From Pocillopora damicornis (taxonomy: Eukaryota): a DNA stretch of 64,000 nucleotides. Below the pieces are notes generated by a model. It saw nothing but the letters and a program-made list of their open reading frames with translations, was not told where the DNA came from and searched no databases. The stretch's first letter is position 1. Each line of letters starts with the position of its first letter. A program made the translations under genes and the position numbers. Below, piece after piece: positions 25,405 through 35,714 of the stretch. The DNA lies in assembly GCF_003704095.1 (NCBI RefSeq), contig NW_020846706.1, forward strand, positions 124,001-188,000, given 5' to 3'.

Positions 25405-26433
25405 ATGATCATGGATGAACAACTCCGGCAGATTGCACCGAGCGAAGACTTTGATCCAATGGCGGCTTTACTCGGGATGAATGTCACTGTAAGAAGAGAA
25501 CTGTATCAAGAGCGTGCAAGAATCAACGAAATGGTTGTTGTTCAGCACACTGAGGATATCGAGTCTCTCAAAAAGCAGATTGATGAGAAGAACAAAGAAA
25601 TCGATGAGCTACGTAAATCAATGGACAGTCTGGTGGAGCAGAATCAAGAGTTAAGCGTGGCGCTTAAGTCTAGAAATGAGGAGATTAAAGCCCTCAAGGC
25701 GAGAATCGGTCGACTCGAGACTGATAAAAAGGACTTGGAAGACGAGCTGAAGTCTGTTACAGTCAAGGTTAGCCGAATGGAAAAGGATATCAGAGAACTG
25801 AACGAAGCAAAGACCGCCCAAGAAGAGAAAAACATGGAACTACAAGAAAATTTTGACAAGGTCACAGGCAAGCTAGAGAGTAGAAACCAAGTATTGAAGA
25901 AAGAGATAAAGGAGATTCGAGAATCACAACACAAAGAGGCGCTGCCGCCATCAACAGTAACCCCAAGAGCAGGAGGACGTCAAATGCTTACTCCTCCATT
26001 ACCAAGGCACCATCAGAGAGCCGATTGGGAACTGCATGCCTCGCTCACTTTGGGAGAGCTGTGCCGACAGTTCCAGAACAAGTTGTATAAGATAATATTC
26101 CCGAATTCGTTTCAGTCAAACAGGAATTACAAGATGAAGAATATTTGGCGCGATTTGGATAGACTGCCTCAACTGGAAGAGGAAAAGCAGCGATCGAGGA
26201 AAAAGTGGGACGAAGTAAAGCAAAAGTTGAAATGGGATGAATGTTACGAAGATGCCATGAAAGCACTCCAGGAAAGCCGAAATGTGGATGCCCATCCAGC
26301 CCCTTTAACGGAGGAAGGTCTTGCAAGAGCCGCAGAACTCATGGATTCCAAAGGTAACCTGAAAGGTTGGCTGTCTTTGAAACGAGTGAATGAGTTGATA
26401 ACTATGTGGAAAAACGTTCAGACAATGGAGTGA
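25405..26433 (+). CDS. Array gene 3: coiled coil plus putative HEPN-like domain (342 aa)
   Basis: LGELCRQFQNKLYKIIFP..YKMKNI..W..W..LQESRNVDAHP..GNLKGWLS..MW. Confidence 0.87.
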   Translation: MIMDEQLRQIAPSEDFDPMAALLGMNVTVRRELYQERARINEMVVVQHTEDIESLKKQIDEKNKEIDELRKSMDSLVEQNQELSVALKSRNEEIKALKARIGRLETDKKDLEDELKSVTVKVSRMEKDIRELNEAKTAQEEKNMELQENFDKVTGKLESRNQVLKKEIKEIRESQHKEALPPSTVTPRAGGRQMLTPPLPRHHQRADWELHASLTLGELCRQFQNKLYKIIFPNSFQSNRNYKMKNIWRDLDRLPQLEEEKQRSRKKWDEVKQKLKWDECYEDAMKALQESRNVDAHPAPLTEEGLARAAELMDSKGNLKGWLSLKRVNELITMWKNVQTME

Positions 26434-28631
26434 GTCATTTGCTTGTGCTTTATTGGTATTGCTGAAATAGTTTTAAAATCAAATTTAGCTCCTTTATTAC
26501 CAAGGAAGGATAATAGAAACATGTGACTATATTCTTAGTTATTACCCATGGAACTGAGCTATAGCTAAAGGGAACTATGTTTCACACGCTGAAATATGGA
26601 GACGAACATTTACAAAGTCACGATGTTTTATTTCTTTATTTTAAACTAGATTGTCGATTTTCTATCAGGAATAACTATTTCAACTTTATATCAAATGTTT
26701 CACTTGGGAGTAAGAAAAACAATTTCGATTCTCGATGAAAATTATCATTAGATGTAAAGTTTAAATTTAGCCTACTTATATGGTTGGAAACATCCTTTTT
26801 GTCTAAGGATTTAAAGGTAAAAAAAATTGAATCGAAATGCTCAAAGCAGAATAAAACCGTTGCCTTATTGGGGTTAAAATGCGAAACCAGTGTGCCTCGC
26901 TCGCTGACAGAATGACTGATTGTAGTTATACCGTGACTTGCATCAGAACTTAGGTCAAATGTTCGCTGTATGATGCGCGGAGAATTTTGATGCGAACATC
27001 GAAAATTCTATAAAATATCACTGCTTTTACTCAATGCTGGGCCTCGTCGTAAAGTAGGCGATTCTCCTTCTTCTGTTGTTAATATTTAGTACAGATTTAA
27101 ATACTCATGTTAGACTTCTGCCGGTAGACAGACATAATTCTGTTCTTGGGGTATTTCAACTTTCACTTTCTTTCAAGTAATCTTCTGTTTCAGGATTGAG
27201 AAAGAAAAAAACATGTCAGCTCAAAATCACAAAATCCACGAGGCAAATTAATCCACTGTACACGGGAATTCACTGAAGTAAAAGACAAACCTAACCCGAA
27301 ACCACATTCATTGCTTTTATCCATCTTCGTTCCCTCGGATCGCGCACAAAGAACTCACATCGGCTTCTCTTCATTGGTTCTGCGTACATCCCAAAACGAA
27401 GCTTATTATCTGCTCAGCTTCGAAAATTATGCTTTTATCTGCGTTAATTCCAAGAGTGAGTGGATTTCCGAGAAATTGAACTTTTGTTGAATTGCATAAC
27501 GCAACAGGTCACTTTCTTGTTCATTTCCGTCCTAATGCAAAAATATCAGGAATTAATATTGCAAGATACTTGATTATTGTATCAAGCGCTTCGCTGTCAG
27601 AGTAAAGAGGCATATTTTATTCAAAGGTGGAGGATATGGGAAACACTCATGAGAATTCGAGGTAAAAAATTAACTGCGCGGCCGCAATTATCTTGCCCAG
27701 ATGTAAACTGAGTAAGACTGCTGATTTGCATATAGCTGAAAAATATTTGCTATCCTTTTGAACAATTGTATGTTTCGACATAGTATGACAGAATTATTAC
27801 AGATATATGACTCCCCCGTGCCTTCTTTGTTAGAGACAATCCGTTTTATAAGCTGCAGAAAACTTTTTTTACATATATACATGCATGTATATACAATACA
27901 CCTACATAACTGCTTTCCCGTTTCTGATCACTATGAACGTACACCACGCTTTCCACGAAATCGACTTCAATCTTCATTGTGCAATAATCAATTTTTTTAA
28001 GCCTGACTGACTTCTTTTTGACATAATGCTGGGGTAAGATATTTAAAGACTTCTTATAACGCTTTATGGAATAAAACACAATAAGAATAACACATAACCG
28101 GGCAAAGATATGATGTATTCTTCTTTAATGTTCATTGCTATTCGCTTACGAATTGACTGGTCTTTGCTTTGAGTCGCTTGATGTCTTTGTCTTTGACATT
28201 CAAAGGCTTAATAATTCGACAAAATCACAAAGTTTCCCTTAGGTCAGAATATGATCCCCATGCCAGTACTAAATTAAACACTGCACCGGGATTATGTTCG
28301 CTTTTTCTGAGAAATAGGCCTCAACATAAACAAACGGTCGTTTGGTAGTTTTCCCGGAAAGCTGTTGAAGTGATCATGCGCCAACGCGAGTGCATATCGG
28401 ATAAAGTGTTTCCAATGGAAACAAATAATTTCTCTCTTTTTTTTTATCGAGAGATACATCTGGGAACAACTTCTCAAGTACAAGGTTGTGTCAGAGGGGT
28501 TCTCTTCGACACCAGCAACCGAAATATTTATCATAATTGTTGGGTGAAAACAAAAGTTCCATATTACGCCATCTCACTTACAAGGAACTGCATTGTGAAA
28601 ATACACTCTGGGAGATCGACTGATGCAACCA

Positions 28632-28643
28632 AGTTTCATTTTC
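28632..28643 (+). promoter_or_regulatory. ISRE-like IRF site AGTTTCATTTTC upstream of gene 4 (same site at 18052-18063); GAS-like TTCCCGGAA at 28351 and TTCTCGGAA at 28783
   Basis: Matches the AGTTTCNNTTTC and TTCNNNGAA consensus motifs; function untested. Confidence 0.35.
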
Positions 28644-28928
28644 GTTTCACGCTATCAACTAATATTTTAGACTCGAAAAATCCCATGACGGATTTTTTCG
28701 GCGTTAATGCTAAATTTTGAACCAAGCAGTTGAGGAAAAAACCCAACGAATTTAAAAATAATTCCCTTCAGTGTGAAGCAGTTTCTCGGAATTCTAAGCA
28801 GGAAGGTTCACTGCTCATGCGCAGACCTTACATGGTATGAGATAAGCCACGGACTTTGCTCGCCGACTGACGCCAGTACTTCAAACATTTTAAAGTTAGC
28901 ATCGCGCTCCGCTTGAAAAAGACGGACC

Positions 28929-29900
28929 ATGAGTGAAGATCATTTACGACAGATTGAAAATCGTGGTCGAACTGCCACGGCCTTTTTCGGTTTGGTTGAG
29001 ACTTCACAAGCTGAACGAGAGAGACTAAACGAAATCATCATTAGTCAGCACAGTGGTGAAATCGACTCTCTAAAGGAAAAAATCGAAGAGAAGAATGAAG
29101 AGATATTGCGTCTTCACAAAGCCATAAAAGTACTCGAGGACAAGAACAAGAAATTGGACATCGCTTTGAAAACCCGCAACGAAGAAGTTGCGAAACTCAA
29201 GACAAGGATTACCAAGCTGGAAGCTGAGAAAAAAGGCTTGGAAGATAAGTTGAGGAACGTCGAAGGAAAGCTCGATCGCATGGAAAAGGAAGTTGAAGAA
29301 TTGGATAAGGCAAAGCAGGTTCAAGAGGAAGAAAATGTTAATCTAAAAGAGTGTTTGGCGATTATGTCTGGAGAAGTGGAAAGTGTAAAGCAAGAGCTGG
29401 TGTCGACCAGAAACGAAAACCAAAATTTGAAGAAAGAGGTGAGAGACCTTGGTCAAAAGCTAGTCACTTTCTTCCCAACCGGTTTCAAAGAGGGATTGCC
29501 GATGCTGACTCCTCCGCCACCACCTGAGCTCCAAGCTTCTTTATTTCTGGGGGAGTTGAGCCGCCAACTGCAAGCTAAGATGTACAAGTATGTCTTCCCA
29601 CAGTTGTACACCCCCATCGTTGGTTACAAGGTGAAGACCATTCGTCGCGACCTGAAGAGGCTTCCGACTGAAGAAGCAAACCAGAGGTGGAGTGAATTGC
29701 AAAAGAAGCTGAATTGGGACGAAACGTACGAGGAAGCAATAAAACTCCTGCAGGAAAACAGGAATGCTAATGCACATCCCAAGATAACGGGAAAGTTACT
29801 TCGTGAAGCGGTGGAAGTCTTGGGTGAAAAAGGTAACCTAAAAGGTTGGCTCACACGGGAACGCCTTGATGTCTTAATAAGTATGTGGGAACAAATTTAG
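28929..29900 (+). CDS. Array gene 4: coiled coil plus putative HEPN-like domain (323 aa)
   Basis: LGELSRQLQAKMYKYVFP..YKVKTI..W..W..LQENRNANAHP..GNLKGWLT..MW. Confidence 0.87.
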   Translation: MSEDHLRQIENRGRTATAFFGLVETSQAERERLNEIIISQHSGEIDSLKEKIEEKNEEILRLHKAIKVLEDKNKKLDIALKTRNEEVAKLKTRITKLEAEKKGLEDKLRNVEGKLDRMEKEVEELDKAKQVQEEENVNLKECLAIMSGEVESVKQELVSTRNENQNLKKEVRDLGQKLVTFFPTGFKEGLPMLTPPPPPELQASLFLGELSRQLQAKMYKYVFPQLYTPIVGYKVKTIRRDLKRLPTEEANQRWSELQKKLNWDETYEEAIKLLQENRNANAHPKITGKLLREAVEVLGEKGNLKGWLTRERLDVLISMWEQI

Positions 29901-32098
29901 CCACTAGAGGAGATTCTTTCTAAGCCATTTCAGTTTTTTCCTTATTAGAGCAGTCTTCTATTGTTGGATATGTACTAAAGATTCTACCGAGCGTGAAGTG
30001 AATCTGGAATTGTTTTGTTCGAATATTCTCTACATCAGTAAGAATGTTAAGAGTCGTGATGACTCACCAGTTTCTTCAGGAACCATAAACTGAAACAATC
30101 CCAGCTTGTTGGATATTTTGGGGAAACAAATTCCTTCCATGAAATCTGTATAACTTCAATCGAACGTTTTAAGAACTTTGGCGTATTTTCAGTCGACAAG
30201 AATAAGTGTCAGCCTGAGCATTTCGGTATCTTTTAATTACAAACATTCCTTTTAGTTTCAGCAAATTTGCATCGCTAGCTAGCCTAAGAATTCAGTGTTT
30301 ACTACTCGACAGACGAGTTACATTAAAAGTAGCGAATTCGAAGAGAAATGCCAAAGCAAAATGTGCATCTGCCTACGAGGGGAGTACTCTTAAGTCCTTT
30401 CGATATCAGGAGGCGAGTAAAATGTGTAAGGTTTTTCCTTTAACGTTTCTCGAGAAGAAAATATTTTCAAACAGCCTATGATTATGTTAGAAGTTTCCTT
30501 TGACATGGTAATCACTTATTTATGAAAGGAACATGACTTCGATGATTTGCACATTCGTGTTCTTTACATTAGCTTACTGCTTCTTTTAGCGAATCTTAAC
30601 TAAATGATTACAAGATCATTTCAACAAATAAGTTGGCTTTATATCATACAGTGAAAAAATTGGATCACAAACAGTAATTTCTGTTTGATTGTCTTTTGTT
30701 CAGCAAAAGGAGCACGATCAATTTAAAATCCTCCTTGAAGATCGTAACCTCCCGTTCACAAAGTTTTTGTCTGTGTCACGTTTTGGCAGCATTTTAAGGC
30801 TTTGTACTTATGTATTTCACCGCAGATCAATAAAACAAATAGATCTTTTCCGAGAAATTCCCACACCGCGCCATACTTATTTGGTGGGCAACGTTTCCTA
30901 GAAATTACCTTCAGCGACAGGCGCATTTATAATTCATGTAAATCCTACAGGTTGTCATAAGACATGTTGTTCCCCTTACTGCACTCCATCAACCTTTTCT
31001 ACTAATGACTAGTGATTTCAGGTTGGTAAGACCGACGACAAGCGTTCGGATGGAAATATTAATCAGATGTTGTACGTAGAGTGAAACAACAGTCAATCCT
31101 GTAGCAGCTGTAAGAATCGCACATGAAGGTAAGTTGTTTACTGTCACTGCCAAGCCTTTCCTCGCAAGTTATGTGAAATATAATAGTAATAACAAAGATA
31201 ATGGAACATAGATTTAAATCTTTACGGTTAAAAATGGTCAGAACCGTGAGGTGTTGGGAGAGGGGAAAGGAAGGTTTATCCAAAGGCAGAAATTCTAACA
31301 ACACCTCGAGATACTGTTAACCACCTTCCTCTCTTTTCTTTTTCAGGGTTATAACTCAACTCAACTGATTTGAAAAAAAGTCTCGCCTCTCTGTTATTAT
31401 ATTAAACTTCCCCCCTTTTTTATAGGAATGGAATGGGAACGTTATGATAGCAAATCGTCCGAACATGCTCGATTCGTGTCGTTTCACTCAAAACACATTC
31501 ATTGCCACAGAACAGTGATAGTGTTGACCAGTTACTGATACTGATAGAGATGGTCAACCGCTCTGAATTGAGAAATGGCCGGAAACTATTCATGATAGTT
31601 TTTTTTCTCTGTTATTTATTTTATATCCCAACCAAAATGGCAAAATATTTGAATTATCTACGAAGTGTGAGGTGGAAGAATTGAAAGGTAACACATGATA
31701 TTTCTCAGAAATTAAGGACAGGAAGTCACTCGCCCAATTCTCGGAAACATCAATAATTGATTCACGCTTGTATCACGCGGTGACCTTGACTGTGATTAGT
31801 TCACGCCCCAACACGCCATGAACACCATGCTTCATTGAGAAAAAGATAAACACACAAGCAAGACAATAACTGCGGGAGACTAAGGGAAAATAAAGGAAAA
31901 GTACGAAAGAAAATCGAGGAAAACAAAAATAAATTAAAAAATAAAGGTTCTAACTCTCAACATAAGACGCCTCCGACTTTAATGTCTGGTGCTTGGGTCT
32001 CTTCAAATAAACTGTCTCAATCATGTCCGAAACCAGGCAAGATGCAGTGCTGCAATAAGGAAAAATGTTGCATCAAATACAAACCAACATATATAGGA

Positions 32099-32284
32099 TA
32101 ATTCAGTGTTATCAACTGAGTTGAAAACGTAATTTGGCCACCATAGAGGGTTTAGAGGCTGACGTTTCGAGTGTAAGCCTTTCGTCAGAGCGATAGACGA
32201 AGGGCTAACACTCAAAACGTCAGCCTCTAAACTCTTTACGGTGGTCAGTTTACGTTTTTCAACTCAGTTGATAACAGTAAATTA
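32099..32284. repeat. Imperfect inverted repeat with ~88-bp arms (Penelope-like terminal sequence) containing degenerate minimal hammerhead motifs
   Basis: Arms 32099-32186 and 32196-32284 with a 9-nt spacer; the minus strand reads gct-CTGACGA-a-aggcttacactc-GAAAC-GTC-agc. Confidence 0.7.
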
Positions 32285-32621
32285 CCCTGTTATACTCTTC
32301 CACCGTCGCAGCACCGCAGTTTCTTTAGAAACTTACCCCCTTTCAACATATATAGGTTTTTGTTTCCGAAAAAGTGCGAAAGTTTTGAGTTGTGAGATTG
32401 AGGTTGATAAGTTAACATGGTTAACATTTGCACAAGGACTATGATCTCAGTGATATTTTTGTCGACCGCCTGGTCGTGGTAGTGCGTCGGATCGTATCCA
32501 GAAAGACGAGAAAGTATCCGANNNNNNNNNNNNNNNNNNNNNNNNNNNNNNNNNNNNNNNNNNNNNNNNNNNNNNNNNNNNNNNNNNNNNNNNNNNNNNN
32601 NNNNNNNNNNNNNNNNNNNNN

Positions 32622-33080
32622 TTGTGAGGTCTCTGCCAGTCTCACCGATATAGGAGGCGTGGCAGTCGGAGCAATTGATCGAATATACTGCTCCTTGTGT
32701 GTTCCTCGGTTCGTCTTTGTCTTTGACTAACATCAATGATGATGTGAAATCGCTTTTTACAAGTATTCCACCACTGACACCATACAAACGACTCGTTCAC
32801 GACATTAACATTACAAACGAACCGAATAGCACGATCTAACTTCACTAACAGATCCAAACCGACCAATCACGACTGACCTACGCCACTTGAATCTTACAGC
32901 CAATAACATCACGGCAAAACTGACCAATCAGTTTACACAAACCGGACTAGGTACATTCGACTGACAACAACCTTTCACTTGACTCTGATGCTCAGGTTGT
33001 CAAAACGTCAGTCACCATTACCGACAACAGTCCTTCTCAGAACTACACCCACCCGGACGATCAAACTACACTATTACAAT
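32622..33080. mobile_element. Penelope-like retroelement remnant: GIY-YIG endonuclease fragment (minus) next to an oppositely oriented pLTR-like segment (plus)
   Basis: VKDKDEPRNTQGAVYSINCSDCHASYIGETGRDL at ~32622-32730; cttgactctga...caggttgtcaaaacgtcagtcacc...aacagtccttctcagaactacacccacccggacgatca at ~32977-33063. Confidence 0.75.
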
Positions 33081-35714
33081 AATAAAGGTGGCTTAGACGT
33101 CTACTCAATTCGTACGCAAGCTCTAAGAGCCAAGAGTGGCCGCAAATTGAAAGATGGCTAAAAACTAGCAAAGTTCATTCTAGTTCACGCGAGATAACTA
33201 ATAAGCCATATATAAGTTCAAACTACGAAAGAAGTGTCAAAACTACACCTGACTTATTAAACAACAAACTGTGGTGACTATGATGCCCACACGAACACCT
33301 CAGATGTTGAATTGAAAAAATAAAAAATATTCGTGAACAGAACTTCGAAGGTGAGGCAAACAACAAGCCATTGGATGAAGAGGATACTCAACGAAGCAAC
33401 TTGAATAAGCTTAACTCTTGTGTTAAATATTCTGATTCTTTAATTTGTTTTTAGTGTTCGATACTTATAAAGTACGATTTGATATTGGTTTCACCAAGTA
33501 AGTCGTCTTTATTTGTCTAAAGAAAGCAATATGACAAGTGAAACGCAATTCATTCCAGGATAAAAAAAAAGGTTGGATGCAATATCATTTTTAATCTTAC
33601 ATCCGATAGGTTGAAATCATATAGTGCTAAGTCAGCGTATTTACTCCTTTTTACGTGAAGCGTGATTGGTTAAAAAATTCTCCGTGATGCGTGATTTAAT
33701 AGAAAAATTTAGCGTGATGTGTGATTGGAACCCCCCTGTCGCTCTTTCAACGCTAATCAAAATTACTAATTTGGGCAATTAAGTAGAATGAAATTTTCCC
33801 TTTGGCTTGAGATTTTTGTTAATTTCAACATCGCAAAAGTGAAGTAAACTCATAACACTGACTGTGGAATGACGATAACTCGTTTTGCCTCAGCTGTTTC
33901 CTGTCTATGTTTATTTCACAATAGTGTTTTTAAAACAAATTAATAGCCTATTACCCTAGAGTCGCTGTAAAGTGTTTACATCATGTTTGACTTCAACGTG
34001 AAGCGTTTTGCGTAATTATTTATTTTAGATTAGTAGATTTGATATTTGTTGACTCTGCTCGGCTCGTAGTGGAGATTTGCGGAAAGCGTGCGCACAAAAT
34101 GTAGGAAAAAAGTAAATGATATAATTTTCACCACATTTTAGATATATATAGTCGCCAATTAAAGGGCCGATGTTCCTGAGATTATGCGCAACTTAGACTT
34201 TGTTCGTGACGGGTTGTGAAGTTTTTGCCCCAGCTTCTCAATCGCAATTTCAAACTTAGAGAAAATTAGAAGAAGAGTCCTTCATGTGACCCCAATACTA
34301 ACACTTTCATGGCACAGGTTGTTGTCGATTGAATTTGAAGTTGTTTTATTGAAATTTTTATCATTCCTTTCAATTTAAAATAATAGACCGTCAGCCCAAG
34401 GTTTGATATGAGCTAAGACCACATTACAGAAAATCGTAAATAATTTAAAGGCTGATGTTTCGAGCGTTAACCGTCGTCAGAGCGATAAATATACAAACAA
34501 ACACGCAAACACAACAAAAAGAAATAGAAGAAGCCGAAAGATGCGGAGGAAAGAAGTCAATCCTGTGAGTCCTGGAAAGGGGCATTTACGATTTCAAGAC
34601 TTTCACCTTTTTTTTTTTTAAAGGATATAGGTCTAGAAAGTTCTTAACACGTCTCTGATTATACCTCGGAAATATTTGTTTAGAGAAAAAAACTTTGGGA
34701 CAACTAAGAAATCACACTTTCAAAGTATTGTGTTTCAGAGCACAAAGCTTGGGATCAATAATGGATATCTAAACTTTCAAAATATCATATTTCAGAGCAG
34801 GAAAAGCAAAAGCGGGCGTGCCAGAAAAATGGCAAGTAAAAGTGCTGGCTGAGGTTGTGGTTGTGGTTGCCAAAGGAAGTCGGAAATACATATAATTCAA
34901 CCCACTTTCGTAAAAACATGTACACTAACGGACGGCCTGCGAGTGGTGGTGGGAAAGACGTCTTGGTTGTAAGCAATTATACTCTCCAATTATACTCTCC
35001 TCGTGTTGTGTTGTGGGGTACTAGCTCCGCGTTTCCAAATCTTCTCTCTCACTTTTGGAGGTATCATAAAGGACGTGATCAGTACAGGAACCCTTTCAGA
35101 ACACTGTTAAATTTCAAAGTGTTTTATGGAATGTTTAATCAGCCTTCTCAGCTTCGAGAAGCAAAACAAAAACAAAAAAAAGAAACACACACACGCAGAC
35201 TACATGCAACGTCTAATATAATCAATAACCGCCTTTTAATGGAGAGCCTTAACGCGCTTTTTAAGCACAATCTGACTGAGTGCTCCCCATGAGTTCTGCC
35301 AAGGAGCATACACTCAATAAATTGAAGCCCTAAATATAGTAGCTAATATTTTGAATCTTAAAAATTATTTTCAGACACATGATCATCCTTTCGAAACCAG
35401 ACGAAATATCATGTCATTTACTCCTGTAGTATTATGTTGCAGAGCAGCAAATTGAGCCACCGTAGGGAAAATCTTTAATTTTTAAAATATCACGTTACAG
35501 GGCAGAAACCTGGGGTAGAATTAACAACACCCACACCCCAAACTCCGTGTCAGTGGTAACTGTATCATAAACATGCGCATTAACGTTATTAGAGAAGAAC
35601 ACGTCATAACGATTAAAAAGGTACAACTAGCCAACTGCGTGCTCTACGGACACACCATTACCGAAAGTTCAGTAAGAGTTGTGTCGAGGAAACGAAATTA
35701 AAGCTGGTAACAAG

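Noticed and set aside
34855-35292. 145-aa ORF upstream of gene 5, and the 157-aa ORF at 38798-39271
   Set aside because: Non-ATG start for the first, no recognisable motifs in either; the second lies just 3' of MRPS7. Likely chance ORFs.
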